NCBI GenBank assembly: GCA_026770705.1
Contig: JANJGN010000024.1
Location: 19,964,001 to 20,028,000 of the forward strand
DNA length: 64,000 bases
From: Isurus oxyrinchus
Taxonomy: Eukaryota
Direction of reading: 5' to 3'
The notes below the pieces were generated by a model. The model had not been told where the DNA came from. It worked only from the letters and a program-made list of their open reading frames with translations, and did not search any database. Shown piece by piece: positions 36,191-49,507 of this stretch. A program made the translations under genes and the position numbers. The number at the start of each line of letters is the position of its first letter. Positions within the stretch are counted from its first letter, which is position 1.

Positions 36191-37237
36191 ACCCCAACCA
36201 CACTCTCACACCCTCCCTTGCTCCCTCACCCACACTCCTTCACTCCCTTCCCAGGCTCACTTCATCGCACAACCACTTACCCACCCTTGCTCCATCTCCA
36301 ACACTTGGTCACTCCTTCCCCCAGGCTCACTCCCTTCATTTTATACCACCATTCATTTCATCCTTAAGTCTCATGCATTCTACCTCCTTCACTCCACTCA
36401 CACTCCCTCACTCCCTCTTTGCCCCCCAGCTGAAGTTAGTTAAAGTAAAGCTCCCTCAACGTTTGCCCTGTGACACACTTCCATTGAAGACACGGTAAGG
36501 TTAGATATAGAATAAAACTCCATCTGCACTATCCAATAGAATGATAGAATAGAACAGCACAGAAGGAGGTCATTCAACCAGTCATGACAAAGAACAATCT
36601 AGTTAGTCCCAATGCCCTTTCTTTCCTCATATCCTTGCAATGTTTATTCCCCTTCAGTTTATCCAATTCCCTTTTTGAAGGCTACTATTAAATCCACACA
36701 TATAAATCTATATATTAATCTAAATCTATAAATCTAAATCTATATCCACCATTCTATTGGACAGTGTCTACTTGGGAATTGAGAGTTTTAAATTTAAAGG
36801 ATAGATTTTCATTGGATGAAAACAGATTTAAATCCCCATCACACCTTCCCAGAGAAGAGTTAGTGGTCTTTAAAATGATGAAAGGATTGATAAGATCAAC
36901 ATACAGAAGATATTTCCACCTGTGGGGGAGATCAGAACTATGGGCCATCAATATACAACAGTCACAAATCAATCTAAGAGGAAATTCAGGAGAAACTTCT
37001 TTAGCCAGAGTTTGATGAGAATGTGGATCTCGCTACCACAGGGAGTGATGAGATGAATAGTATGAGATACATTTAAGAGGAATCTCGACAAACAGTTGAG
37101 GGAGAAAAGAACAGAAGGATATGCTGATTGTGTTAGATGAAGCAGGATGGAAGGAGGCTGCTCTGGAGCAGAAACACCGGCTTGAGCAGCGCCCTAACCC
37201 TGGGCCATTTCTGTGCTTTGAATATATTGTAATATAT

Positions 37238-38414
37238 GTTAGATACAGAGTAAAGCTCCCTCAAAGTTCATCAAACATCCTCAGGACAGGTACAGCATGG
37301 GATTAGATACAAAGTAAAGCTCCATCTACACAGTCCCCCTCAAACACTCCCAGGACAGGTACAGCACAGGGTTAGATACAGATTAAATCTCCCTCTACAC
37401 TGTACCATTCAAACATCCCAGGAGAGGTATAGCACAGAGTTAGATACAGAGTAAAGCTCCCTCTACACTGTCCCCATTAAACACTCCCAGGGCAGGTACA
37501 GCACGGGGTTAGATATAAAGTAAAGCTCCCCCTACACTGTCCCCATCAAACACTTTCACGGCAGAAACAGCACCGAGTTAGATACAGAGTAAAGCTCCCT
37601 CTACACTGTCCCCATTAAACACTCCCAGGGCAGGTATAGCACAGAGTTAGATATAGAGTAAAGCTCCCTCTACACTGTCTCCATCAAACACTCCCAGGGC
37701 AGGTACAGCACGGGGTTAGATACAGATTAAATCTCCCTCTGCACTGTACCATTCAAACACTCCCAGGACAGGTATAGCACGGAGTTAGAGACAGAGTAAA
37801 GCTCCGTCTACACTGTCCCCCTCAAACACTCTCAGGACAGATACAGCATGGAGTTAGATACAGAGTAAAGCTCCCTCTACACTGTCCCCATCAAGCACTC
37901 CCAGGGCAGGTACAGCACGGAGTTAGACACAGAGTAAAGCTCCCTCTACACTGTCCCCATCAAACACTCCCAGGCAGGTATAGCATGGAGTTAGATACAG
38001 AGTAAAGCTCCCTCTACACTGTCCCCATCAAACGCTCCCAGGACAAGTACAACATGGGGTTAGATACAGAGTAAAGCTCCCTCTACACTATCCCCATTAA
38101 ACACTCCCAGGGCAGGTACAACATGGGGTTAGACAAAGAGTAAAGCTCCCTCTACACTGTCCTCGTTAAACACTCTCAGGGCATGTACAGCATGGGGTTA
38201 GATACCAAGTAAAGCTTCCTCTACACTGTCCCCATCAAACACTCCCAGGGCAGGTACAGCACGGAGTTAGACACAGAGTAAAGCTCCCTCTACACTGTCC
38301 CCATCAAACATTCCTAGGGCAGGTACAGCACAGGATTAAACACAGAGTAAAGCTCCCTCTACACTGTCCCCATCAAACACTCCCAGGACAGGTACAGCAC
38401 GGGGTTAGATACAG
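37238..38414 (+). repeat. 69-bp tandem satellite, about 17 copies
   Basis: Unit gagtaaagctccctctacactgtccccatcaaacactcccaggRcaggtacagcacggRgttagataca. Confidence 0.95.
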
Positions 38415-40296
38415 TCAGCCTAGATTTTATACTTAAGCCTCTGGAATGCGTCTCTCTGTCAGGGAATTCTGTGAAACATATGAATGAGCAAACGCCAGTG
38501 GGAGACCTTGCATGCCGATTGTCGATCAATAGATTACTGCAACAAGACTAAATGATTTGTTAACCCTTTCTTCGATATTCCTCTGCTTACCTTAGCCGAG
38601 TAACTTCTCCTGTCATTTCATTTAACCAGATAGGCAAGTGAGAAATTAATTCTTTCAACTTGCTTTAGTTTCTCATTGAGGCTGAAATGGAGCAGGCAGG
38701 AGAAAGAGCAAGATGAAGTCAGCTGGCTTTCAGTGTAGATTTCTGGGAAGAAGGATTTCTGATTCACCATTTTTAACTCATTCCTTTTGGTCCAGTCACC
38801 ACAGATTGAGGAGAGCGATGTGATTTTATACTTTCATTCAGACATGTTGAGCTGGCTTCCTCTTTGCCCATTGACTCTTGGGATCTGAGGTGTTGAAAGT
38901 GTCCGTGTGCTTTCAAGGAAAATAAATACAATTGGTTCTAACCCTAGGCCAGCTCCATGCTGCCTGACGTGGTTAGACCATTATCCGAGGTCTTTTAGGG
39001 CACCAACTTTCCTCCATGGGCTAGCCAAAAGATTTTTATACCAGGGCGGTGTGATGAGAATTCATAGCTCCAATACTCAGCTGATTAAGGACGTTCTTAC
39101 TTCTTAACAGTAACCTTCACAGATGGCGTGATTCCAGTTCATCCAAAGTCTTGTAATCTTTTACTATCTTTAGGGTAACTGAGCATCGAGGAATGCAGGA
39201 ACCTCTTTCTAACTTCTCCGGGAGGAAGAAAAGATCCTTTCTGAAGCTCTGTTTATTGGAGTGTTGCAAATTAACCAGCACACGCCGACAGACAGGACGC
39301 GATTCCTTTTCATGTTTTTTTTTGGAATGGAATCCTGCTCCTTTGCAGTATCCCCTGGGATAGGCCCAACTTAGTATTATTCAATAACAGTCTTGCAGAG
39401 TCAGCACTCGAGCCCAGCTGCATCGCCCCCTGATTGATGCAGTGTTTGGAAATATAGATTTTTTTTTTACAGATCCTTAAAGCACAGCAATATGCAAATA
39501 AAGCTGCAGAGGGTAAAGGCACAACTGCATGATGACAGCAGCACTGAAGCTGGTGCAGGTTGGGCAGTTGAAGAGAAGGATGTACCATCGAAGCAGCTTA
39601 TCAATGGGGAGTTCTGTTATCAGGACCCTGCTGAAGGAGGGAGGTCTTGTCAACAGGACCCTTTTGAACAAGTTAGCCTTGCTAAAACTCTCCCTCCACT
39701 TTTAAAGTTGCTTCTTAAAAGCTACCTCGACAGCTAAGCTTTAGTTCACTTGTCCTAATAATTTCCTTATGCAGCTCAGTTTTGTTCGATAATCGCTCCT
39801 GTGAAGCAACCTTAGAATGTTTTACTACATTAAAGGCACAAGTTGTTTTCCTGCCATGGGGACTACCTTTAAACCGGGGGTGTCAGCTTGGTGACTTTTT
39901 GTAAAGAGGGAGGTTTCACCCTCGGTCTCCCCTGTATCGAGGAGGGGCAGGTGGATACGATCATCCCTGACAGTGTTGTTTAGAACACATATTAAGAGGG
40001 TAAGGCATGTCTTTGTTGGTCTCTATTCTCCTTAACGGTCCAGGAGATGTGTGTCTTGGTGGCCTGGGCTTTAGAGTCAGATTTTAAGACTAGGATTAAT
40101 TAAGATACTTACATTTTTACACCTCCAAATTTGAAAGGACATCCACCACCTCATCATTAATTAGCTTGGATCTCAAATTTCTTTCTCAGGACTGAGAAAA
40201 GTGTCTTTATTTTACAGTTGTGGGACAGGCCATCTGACATTTTCAATGCTTTGGTTCCTGACAGTGTCTTTCCCACACTTTCCCCAATCTTTTTAG

Positions 40297-40463
40297 TCCA
40301 CCTTGGTTCCAGTATGGAAGTTATGGTCTCACCGTACATCATCAAGCTGAATGGTACATCAGCCAAACTGACCTGCACCTTCAACTCTTGCTATGATGTC
40401 AATGAAAAGCGTTTCTCTTTAAATTGGACCTATTTTGAATGTGACAACTGCACTGAAGATCTG
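40297..40463 (+). CDS. SCN2B: SCN2B exon 2
   Basis: VHLGSSMEVMVSPYIIKLNGTSAKLTCTFNSCYDVNEKRFSLNWTYFECDNCTEDL; ttttAG...GTAAGT; 167 nt. Confidence 0.95.
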
Positions 40464-41336
40464 GTAAGTGTTTCGCTTTTTGCTTCATGATTTAATTGGG
40501 AAGTGCAAGATGTTTCTTTTTGGAAGAGTGTTCTCTTTGCAAACTACCACCCATCTCTAACTTCCCTTGTCTGTCCAAAGTCATTGAAGGTGTTGGCACC
40601 TCCCAAATCCCTGCCCATCTTTCTGTAATTCCGTGCATGAATCTCTCTGATTGGGTTTCTGCCACGACACTGAATCAGTCCATATCAAAGCCATAAATGA
40701 TATCCAACATTACTCTGATCATGGTAAACTATCCTCCTCTTCTTTCTCCACCTATGTGCAGCCTTTGACCACATCTCTCCTCCGTCATCCAGTTGTGTGG
40801 GACTGCTCTCCACAGGTTCAACTCTCTAACCGTATCTAACCATAGCCAAAGCCTCTCCTGCAATGATTTCTCCTCCTGCTCTTGCAGCATTTCCTCTGGA
40901 ATCTCACAAGGATCTATCTTTGTCGCTCTCCTGTCCCCCTCTACATGCTTTCCCTTGGTGACATCATCCAAAAACACAACATTAGGTTCCATGTTTATGC
41001 TGGCAACACAGAGCTCTGCCTCAGCACTATCTCAGCCACTGATTTGTCAGACTTCTTATCCGGCATCCAGTGAAGAATGAGCCAAACTTTTCTCTAAACA
41101 GCATTGGAAAGAGTGAAGTTATTGCCCATAAATTCAAACCAGTCTTCATCTTTTGCCAGAAACTCTGTTCCCCTGTCATTGGCTGCAACTCTCCCTCTGG
41201 CCACTGCCTGAGGCTGAACCAGACTGTTGACAACCCCATTGTCCTTTGTGACCCTGAGCCCCATATCCTCCATTGCAAAAAATACCTACTTCCACCCTCC
41301 ATTGCATCATTTGTCTCCTCCCCTGTTTAAGCTCAT

Positions 41337-42360
41337 CAGGTCAAACATGAGCAAGGAAAACTCCGGCTGATTACCACGTACCACACCCCCAACCCACACC
41401 ACCCCCCCTGCTCTATGTTGGACATCACTTGGAGAAAGCACTGAGGGTGGCAAGGGCACAGAATGTACTGTGGTTGGGGGACTTCAATGTCTATCACCAA
41501 GTGTGGCTCGGTAGCATCACTACAGACCAAGCTGGCCGAGTCTTAAAGGACACAGCTGCTAGACTGGGTCTGCGGCAGGTGGTGAGGGAACCAATAAGGG
41601 GGAAAAATATACTTGACCTCATCCTCACCAGCCTGCCTGCTGCAGATGCATCTGTCCATGACAGTATCAGTAGGAGTGACCACCGCACAGTCGTTGTGGA
41701 GACGAAGTTCTGTCTTCAGATTGAGGATGCCCTCCATCGTGTTGTGTGGCACTACCACTGTGCCAACTGGGTTAGATTTTGAACAGATCTAGCAACTCAA
41801 GACTGGGCAACCATGAGGCGCTGTGGGCCATCAGCAGCAGCAGAATTGTACTCGAACACAATCTGTAACCTCATGGCTCAGCATCTCCCCACTCTACCAT
41901 TATCATCAAGCCAGGGGATCAACCCTGGTTCAATGAAGAGTGCAGGAGGGCATGCCAGAAGCAGCACCAGACATACCTAAAAATGAGGTGTTAACCTGGT
42001 GAAGCTACAACACAGGACTGCTTGCATGCCAAACAGCATAAGCAGCAAATGATAGACAGAACTAAACGATTTCACAACCAACAGATCAGATCTAAGCTCT
42101 GCAGTCCTGCCACATCCAGTTGTGAATGGTGGTGGACAATTAAACAACTCACTGGAGGAGGAGGCTCCACAAATATCCCCATCCTCAATGATGGAGGAGC
42201 CCAGCACGTCAGTGCAAAAGATGAGGCTGAAGCATTTGCAATAATTTTCAGCCAGAAGTGCCGAGTGGATGATCCATCTCTGCCTCCACCAGAGGTCCCC
42301 AGCATCACAGATCACAGATGCCAGTCTTCAGCCAATTCAATTCAATCCAGGTGATATCAA
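41337..42360 (+). mobile_element. CR1/L2-clade LINE fragment (AP endonuclease region)
   Basis: NVLWLGDFNVYH, LDLILTS and SDHRTV motifs; inserted in an older L2-like element (40520-41335, resuming at about 42715). Confidence 0.85.
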
Positions 42361-42712
42361 GGGGAGATGGTGGCATGGTGGTATTGTCATTGGGCCAGTA
42401 ACCAGAGACCAGGGTAATGCTCTGGGGACCCGGATTTGAATCCCACCACAGCAGATGGTGGAATTTGAATTCAATAAAAAAAATCTGGAATAAGCCTAAT
42501 GATGACCATGAATCGATTGTCATAAAAGCCCATTTGATCCATTAATGTCCTTTAGGAAAGGAAATCTGCTGTCCTTACCTGGTCTGACTACAGACCTATA
42601 GCAATGTGACTCTTAAATGGCCTAGCTAGCCACTCAGTTCTCAAGGGCAATTAGGGATGGGCAATAAATGCTGGTCTGGGCAGTGATGCCCACATCCAGT
42701 CAGTGGATAAAA
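42361..42712 (+). mobile_element. SINE family B, full length, fused to the LINE fragment
   Basis: ggggagatggtggcatggtggt head, ggatttgaatcc B box, LINE-type tail. Confidence 0.75.
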
Positions 42713-44011
42713 AAGCTGCTGCTGAAATTCTTATTCATGCCTTTGTTACTGCTAACTTCACACATTCCACCTTCTGTAAACTTCAGCTGATGCAACTGTT
42801 TTGTAACTCCCATTCACTCTTTACCTCTGTGCTCACTGACCTAAAATGGCTCCTGATCCAGCAGCTCCTCAATTTTAAGATTCTCATCCTAATGTGCAAA
42901 TCCCGCCATCCCTTCTGATTTTGACAATGCATCCGGCATTTCTGCACTCTTCCAATTCAGGCCTCTTGTGCACTTCTTACTCCTTTCAGATCACCAATGA
43001 TCTTGCCTGGGCCCTTAGCTGTGGAATTCCCCCCACACCTCTGCCCTTCAACCACTCTCTCCTCCTTTCAGACACTCTTCAAAACCTTTCTGTCCAAGTT
43101 CTTTATTATCAGCCCTAATATCTCCTTCTTTACCTTGGGATCATCTTTGCCTTGATAATGCTTCTGCAAAGTGCATTGGCTAGTGTTTACTACCTTGAAG
43201 CTATATAAATGCAAGTTCTTGTTGTTGACTGCAAGCAACATAGCAGCATGTTGAATTCAGGCTGTTTAAACTGTACGGCGATGTGGTGGCTCAGCATGAA
43301 GGGCTTGATGCAGTTGGACAAATGAAGCAGAGAGGGGGGGTTATGGTCATCTTAGTAGCTAGCTACACAACGTCATTGACAGATCTCAGAGCAGACCATA
43401 ACTTGTCTGTCAGAAACAATAGTTTGCATTTACGTAGCGCCTTTAACATAGGGAAACGCCACAAGACATTTGACAGGAGAGTTATCAAACAAAATTTAGC
43501 ACCGAGCCACATAAGGCAATATTAGGACAGGTGACCAAAAGCTTGGTCAAACAGGTAGGTTTTAAGGAGTGTCTTAAAAGAGGAGCAGGTGGAGAGGGAA
43601 TTCCAGAGGTTAAGGTCTCAGGAGCTGAAAACACAGTCATCAGTGATAATGTAATTAAATTTGGGAATGTTCCATAGGCCAGAATTGAAGGAGCACAGAG
43701 ATCTCGGAAGATTGTAGGGCCGGAGGAGTTTACAGAGATAGGAAGTGTGAGGCTGTGGAGGGATTTGAAAACAAGGATGAGAATTTTTCTTGCCTCACTG
43801 GGAGCCAATGCATAACCAGGGGCACAGGCGCAGTGGGTGAACAGGAGTTGGTGCGAGTTAGGGTACAAGTAGCAGAGTTTTGGATGAGGTCAGACAGATG
43901 TTGGGTTTGAAAAAGACGAAGCGATGAATCGATGAGTTTAACAAACCCCCCCCCCCCCCCCCCGCAACCCCCAACAAATATTTACCTTTCTCTCTTTTCC
44001 TTTCCCTGTAG

Positions 44012-44222
44012 TTTGTCCAGTTCCGGCGCAAGGTCATCATCCCCAGAAATGACCGCTTTTCAGGCAGGGTGGAGTGGTCAGGGAACCTCAAAAAGAACGA
44101 CGTGTCGGTCACTATTCACGACATCCAGCTCGGTGATGAAGGCTTTTACAACTGTTCTGTGTTAAACCCTCCTGACAGACACAACGGATGGGGATTAATC
44201 TACCTGAGAGTGGTCACAGAAG
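44012..44222 (+). CDS. SCN2B: SCN2B exon 3 (missed by the ORF track)
   Basis: FVQFRRKVIIPRNDRFSGRVEWSGNLKKNDVSVTIHDIQLGDEGFYNCSVLNPPDRHNGWGLIYLRVVTE; 211 nt, phase 0-1. Confidence 0.95.
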
Positions 44223-45868
44223 GTATTGTAAAATAATATTGTTATCTAAGTCACTTTATCTCCAGTCTTTGGCATGCCTGCCCAGCCCCTGTCTATGATT
44301 TTCCATTGCATTTTCTCTCTGTTTGCCGCTATTTCTGTTCCTTTGTATCCTGTAATTGGTCTTCTACCCCCCTTCCCCACCACTGACTAACCATCTGTCA
44401 AAACCAAATTTGGAATTAGTGCCATTTTATAATTGATTAAATGATTCTTGAAGAGATAAAGAAAATTAAAGCAAATTTGAACATTCTATAATGCCTCCAT
44501 GAAGCAGCACAGGTGATGTTTGGCTGGAAGATGAGAAAATTGCCTCTGGGTTGGACCCTGCATCACTCCCTGACTGATAGGAAGAAGGTCTCTTTTTGAT
44601 GGCTGCAGGATGAAACGGATTCCATCCTTGTGTTTCAAGGCTCTCCTGGCCAGCCCCCAAACTTCCACCCGCCATAAACTTGAGTTCATCCAAAAGGGCC
44701 GCTGCCTGTATCCTAACACACCAAGGGCGGAACATTCTGTGTCCGCTGGCGCCGGGCGTGATAGGTGGTGTCAGCGGACAGTATGACACGATCGGTTTCA
44801 CAACGGCGGGAAGGCAGGGTCACGGTTGTCCGCTCAGCCCGCTGACAGCGGGCCACGTTTTCCGCCAGCGGTCATCGGGAACCTCATTGTAACACATCAG
44901 CAAATCATTATCAGGCCGTCCCGCCAGGCTCAGCGACCCCCGCTGGATCGTCCGTCCACGTTGGCGGGAAAGCACGCTGGCGTGTTTCACAACGGCACAG
45001 AGGTGACGTGCACTTGGCGGCCTTCGCTTTGGGTGAACTGGAGGTGAGTGAACAGCAACGTTCTGTAGAGCTAGCTAGTGTTGCCTGTTGCTTTGCAGGC
45101 TTCAGGGACGCCGGGGTAGGGGTTAAGTGCCACCCTGCCCGACCAGTGGTAGGGAGGGGGATCAGGGGGCAAGTGTAGCCCCTGCCTTTGAGGCGACTTT
45201 TGAGAGTGAGGGGGAGCAGGGGGGCAAGTGTAGCCTTGCCGTTGAGGCGACTGGTGAGGGCGGACAAGTGCAGCCTTGCCGTTGAATGTAGCGCACAAAC
45301 ATTCAGGGTGGGGGGTAGGGTGGGTGAGGGAAGTGGCCAAGCATTCGGGAAACCTGTAGAAAGTGATTATTCCTCTGCAACTGAGACAGTTCAGATGCAG
45401 CCACATTGATATGACTGTGGTCAGGCTCCTATCTTATCTGCCCACTCAAGCAACTCAGAGGCATCAAAGTGCCACCAAGTTCTGCAGAGCTCCCTCCCCA
45501 CCCCAACCTCCTTCCGACCCCCACCCACCCACCCAGCACAGACTGCAAATTCATAAGCACTTGAGTGGACTGCAGAGCAGTTGGACTGCACGTGTTGTAC
45601 AATCTCCTCGCTAGAGCTGGCCATTGAGCAGTCACTGCTGGAGGGGATCACAGCCTCTTGTAATGTCAGCATTCTGGTTTGGACCAGTCTCCCCTAAGGT
45701 TGCAGCTGACAGGGCACCATGCAGCGCACTAAGTGGCACTATCCAAGTGGTGACAAGCACTCTCCAGGAAGTGTTAAGGGGCTGTCACACTTAACCGGGA
45801 CAGGTTCCTAGTGCACCCATGCTAACCACGTGCCTCCCTCTTTCATGCTGCAGGAGTACATCAGGATC

Positions 45869-47080
45869 ATGGAGCCTGGTGAAATAGCTGTGTGCCTGAT
45901 GGCCTACAGAATGCGGAAATGACGGAGGAGAGAGCGACTGAGGCTCCTAGCTGTGCAGAGGCAGGAGCAGCAACCTCAGGAGGAAGGGGACAGCTGGGGC
46001 TCCTGCACACGCCACCGAAGAGCCACAGTGAGCCGTTGCTATTCAGTGCCTAGTTCCTCCCAGGGTCCATAGAGGCCACCTTTCATTCCTGTGATGACTG
46101 AGAACCAGTGTCTCAGAGACATGTCCAGGGAACTGGTCACTCACATCTGCCACCTGCTGCAGGATTTGGCACAATGGGGACATGGAGGGCATCCACTGCC
46201 AGTGGCTGTGAAAGTGAAAGCGGCGCTCAATTTCTATGCAGTGGCTCCTTTCACGACTCCACAGGTGACCTCAGTGGGATCTCTCGATCCTTCATCCACA
46301 AATGCATCGATGAGGCCATCTTCGGGAGTGCACACAACTTTGTACATTTCTCCCAGGACCAGGACAGCCAGGATGCAAGAGTAATTGGGTTCGCCCAGAT
46401 CTTGGGTTTCCCACAGGTGCAGGGTGCAATAGATTGCACTCATGTGGTGCTCAGATCTCTGTCACAATACACGATGGACTACATCAACTGCAAGGACTTC
46501 AGTTCGCAGAATGTGCAGCTGGTGTGCAACCACCAGAAACACATCCTGCAGGGGTATGCACAGTTTCCAGGAAGTGTGCACGACTCCTACATCCTCAGTC
46601 AGTCTTCCAGTGTCCATAGAAGCTGCAGGGATGGCTTGTTGGGGACAAGGGCTACCCAAAGAGGCTGTGGCTGATGACACCCGGCGGTGGCCTCAGACTG
46701 CAGCAGAGCGACTCTATAACGAGGCTCATGCTGCAACTCGCAACTAGGTGGAGCAGACCATCGGGATGCTGAAGATGAGGTTCCGGTGCCTGGACTGGTC
46801 TGGTGGAGCCCTGCAATACAGTCCACAGAAGGCGTCACACATCATCATCGTCTGCTGTGCCCTTTACAACCTGGCGGTGCAATGGAGAGAGAAGCTGGCT
46901 GAGGAGGAGATGGAGGAGCTGCATAACTCATCTGATGAGGAGGACACCGATGAGGGTGAGGGGATCCTTGGAGGCGGCAATGACAGGAATGAGGCCCTCA
47001 CACTGGCTAAATGAGGCAGGCATGCACGGGAGGACCTCATAGCTGCCAGATTTGTGGAGGATGATGATGACATGCAGTGA
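45869..47080 (+). pseudogene. Harbinger DDE transposase (HARBI1-like), with stops and frameshifts
   Basis: LPVAVKVKAALNFYA, GFPQVQGAIDCTHV, FPGSVHDSYIL, GDKGYP, YNEAHAATRN*VEQTIGMLKMRFRCL and CCALYNL across shifting frames. Confidence 0.9.
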
Positions 47081-47814
47081 GGTGACCCCAAAGCTCCTCA
47101 CATCACATCTGTGAATGTTTGACTCCAATCTGGCTTATGGCAGTGTGAATACCCTCTTGTGAAAATGCTCCTGTCATGGAGATGCAGTGGAGGCCCTAAT
47201 AGTCGCTCAATTGCAGGAGGAGAATGACGACATGCATTGAGGACACCCCATAAATCTTCACATAGCCTCAGAATGTCTGACTCCTGTCTGGCCAAGGGCA
47301 GCTTGCTTGCGCTCCGCGATCAGGGTCATATCACAGAGACGGAGCCATGAAACTTTAGAAGCATCTGATGCTTTGTCTGCCTTCAGCACCTGAACCCTTT
47401 AGGAGTTGGAGCACAGATTCAGTGGTCACAGCTGCTGAAGATATAGGAGCCACCCCCTCCATAAACGTGCAGAGAGCACACCGAGAGAATGTGAGAACTC
47501 TGTGGCGCCTGCCCACCACATTCTGACAGCAATGTCAAGCACCACTGAGGTACAGACAACAGTAATGTGTTCAGGGAGTGAGGCCGGACTATCACTTTGG
47601 TCTGAAGGCTGCACAAAGCACAGGGAAGAGGCCCTGGACTGAGACACCTGCCTTTATCTTGTGCAGAAAGGTTTCACATCTGAGTGATAAGGACACTGCT
47701 CATCAGAACAAGGAGCTAGAGGCAGGGAGACATTCTTGGGAGTTTATTGACAATAGCGAACAGTATGTACAAGTGATTAACATTCATGCCCGGGCTGTGC
47801 AACGAATTCTCCTT

Positions 47815-49507
47815 AACTTTCCTAGCCCTGCTGCTACGTCTTGGTGCTCCCTGCACATCCACAGTGGAGATGGGGGCAGCCTGCTGACTGCAACACCCTG
47901 TCTGTGATGACTTTGGCAGGTGTTCTCTGGAGGGCCAAGACTTGGAGGTCCCAGCCTGCTTTCGGGATCCTGCTGTGTGGCAGTGGCACCTTCCTTGGCC
48001 TGTGGAGCTGCAGCTGCTGAGGTCATAGGAAGAGGGGAGTCGGATGGGTCAGACACTCTTGGAGTCACCTGGATTGATGGGCCCAGAGTTTGTACCTGAG
48101 GATCCTCCTCCCTGTGGGTGCCCAGGGGCTGCAGGCTGACTCCTTAAGGAGCAGGGGTAGCTGGAATGAGATCGAGCTTCCCTAAACCCCTCTCGCGTAC
48201 ACACTATTGGAGACCAACTATGGTATCAGTGATGGAGTTAAGCCCATGCAGCAGCACAGGAGCGACATCCTGGACCAAGGTCTCCATGATGGCTGCCATC
48301 CTGCCAGTGTTGACCATTGCAATGCTGGCGCTATCATCTCAGTCTGAAGGTGGACGGATTCCTCCATCGTGCCCTGCAATCTGAGGAGCGCAGCGGACAT
48401 CCCTTCCTGATATTCCCGAGCTTGCCTTTGCAGCTCCAGCATCTGTAAGATGACCGAGTCCAGAGGCTCATCATCTGATTCGGACTCAGTAAATTTCTGG
48501 CCTCTAGCAGTCCTCGAGTGCCAGACACCTGGGGAAGTCCCTGCTTCTGCCTACTGTGGATCAGACACTGTGATGTGCTCACCAGATTGTGATCCTGGGG
48601 CTACTCTAAAGCTAGGTCCCACCAAGGTGTATGTGTCTGCACTGGTGGAGGGTGTGAGCGAGTGCTGTGACGGGACTTTAGGGAGGGTGCCTTCAGATTC
48701 CTCTTCAGCAGTTTCTTTGGGGCTTGATTGTAGGCCCTGGGTCATGGACTCTGTCAGCTGTTTCCCAGATGTGCCTGGGAAGCAAGGAGAGGTAATTAGT
48801 GCATGGCAGTGGCCTATGAAACAGGATCCATCTTTCACAGCATGGTTGTCTGATGGATATTGCACTGCTGGACCCTCACTTGGTTGAGCAGCGCCGACCT
48901 CACTGTCAGCTCAGGAACAATCCAGATCCTCGCCGGCCAGCTGGATGGCTCTGTTTTTAAAGTCCGTGAGGACCTTGATTTTGGGCATTCCTCCACCAGC
49001 CTGCACTCTCTCTGTCTTGTTGTGTGCCAGCTTGTCCTGCATAACTAGAGATGGAGAAAGTGTGAGCAGGACGCCTGCCGGGCCAGATGACAAGTATGCC
49101 TGGCCTGTGTGGGTGGTGAGTGGTCCCATGGACGGGATGAGGACAATGACAGTGAGTGTGAGAGAGTGAATGGTGATGTCCCTTGAACTGGCAGTGAGTG
49201 AAGGCCTTGTGGATGTGTGATGGATTTATGAGTGTGTGAGTTGAGTGATAAGATGAGTGAATTACCTTGACGGAGCAGAGGGGATCATTCATCCTCTTGC
49301 AACACTGGGTGGCTGTCCTCTTTTGCAGAGCGTTGGCACTGACCACCGCTGCCAGCACCTCCCAAGCCATGTTAATGCTGTTGCTGCCCATCCTGCAGCC
49401 AGAGCGGGGGTAGAGGACATCCCAGCAGGTCTCCACGGCATCCAAAATCATTTGAGGGACACATCGCTGAACCTGGGGGCTGCGATCGTCTTCAGTTTCT
49501 GGCCATG
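47815..49507 (-). pseudogene. Harbinger Myb/SANT-like DNA-binding protein, 3 exons, disrupted
   Basis: AAPRFSDVSL..ILDAVE..WEVLAAVVS..RTATQCCKRMND | DKLAHNKTERVQAGGG | low complexity plus coiled coil MLELQRQAREYQE; GT-AG boundaries near 49265/49040 and 48880/48775. Confidence 0.8.

Noticed and set aside
37238-38414. CRISPR-like regular repeat array
   Set aside because: Units are contiguous 69-mers with no unique spacers and there are no cas genes; this is a eukaryotic satellite
39492-39737. 81-aa ORF after a good acceptor in SCN2B intron 1
   Set aside because: KQLINGE...GR resembles a decayed RTE-type LINE end and runs into an L2-like tail; no convincing donor
46108-47014. Domesticated HARBI1 gene
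   Set aside because: Frameshifts and stops, and it lies inside TIRs with a TSD
47381-47400. REST/NRSE site (TTCAGCACC)
   Set aside because: Only the left half-site, and inside the transposon
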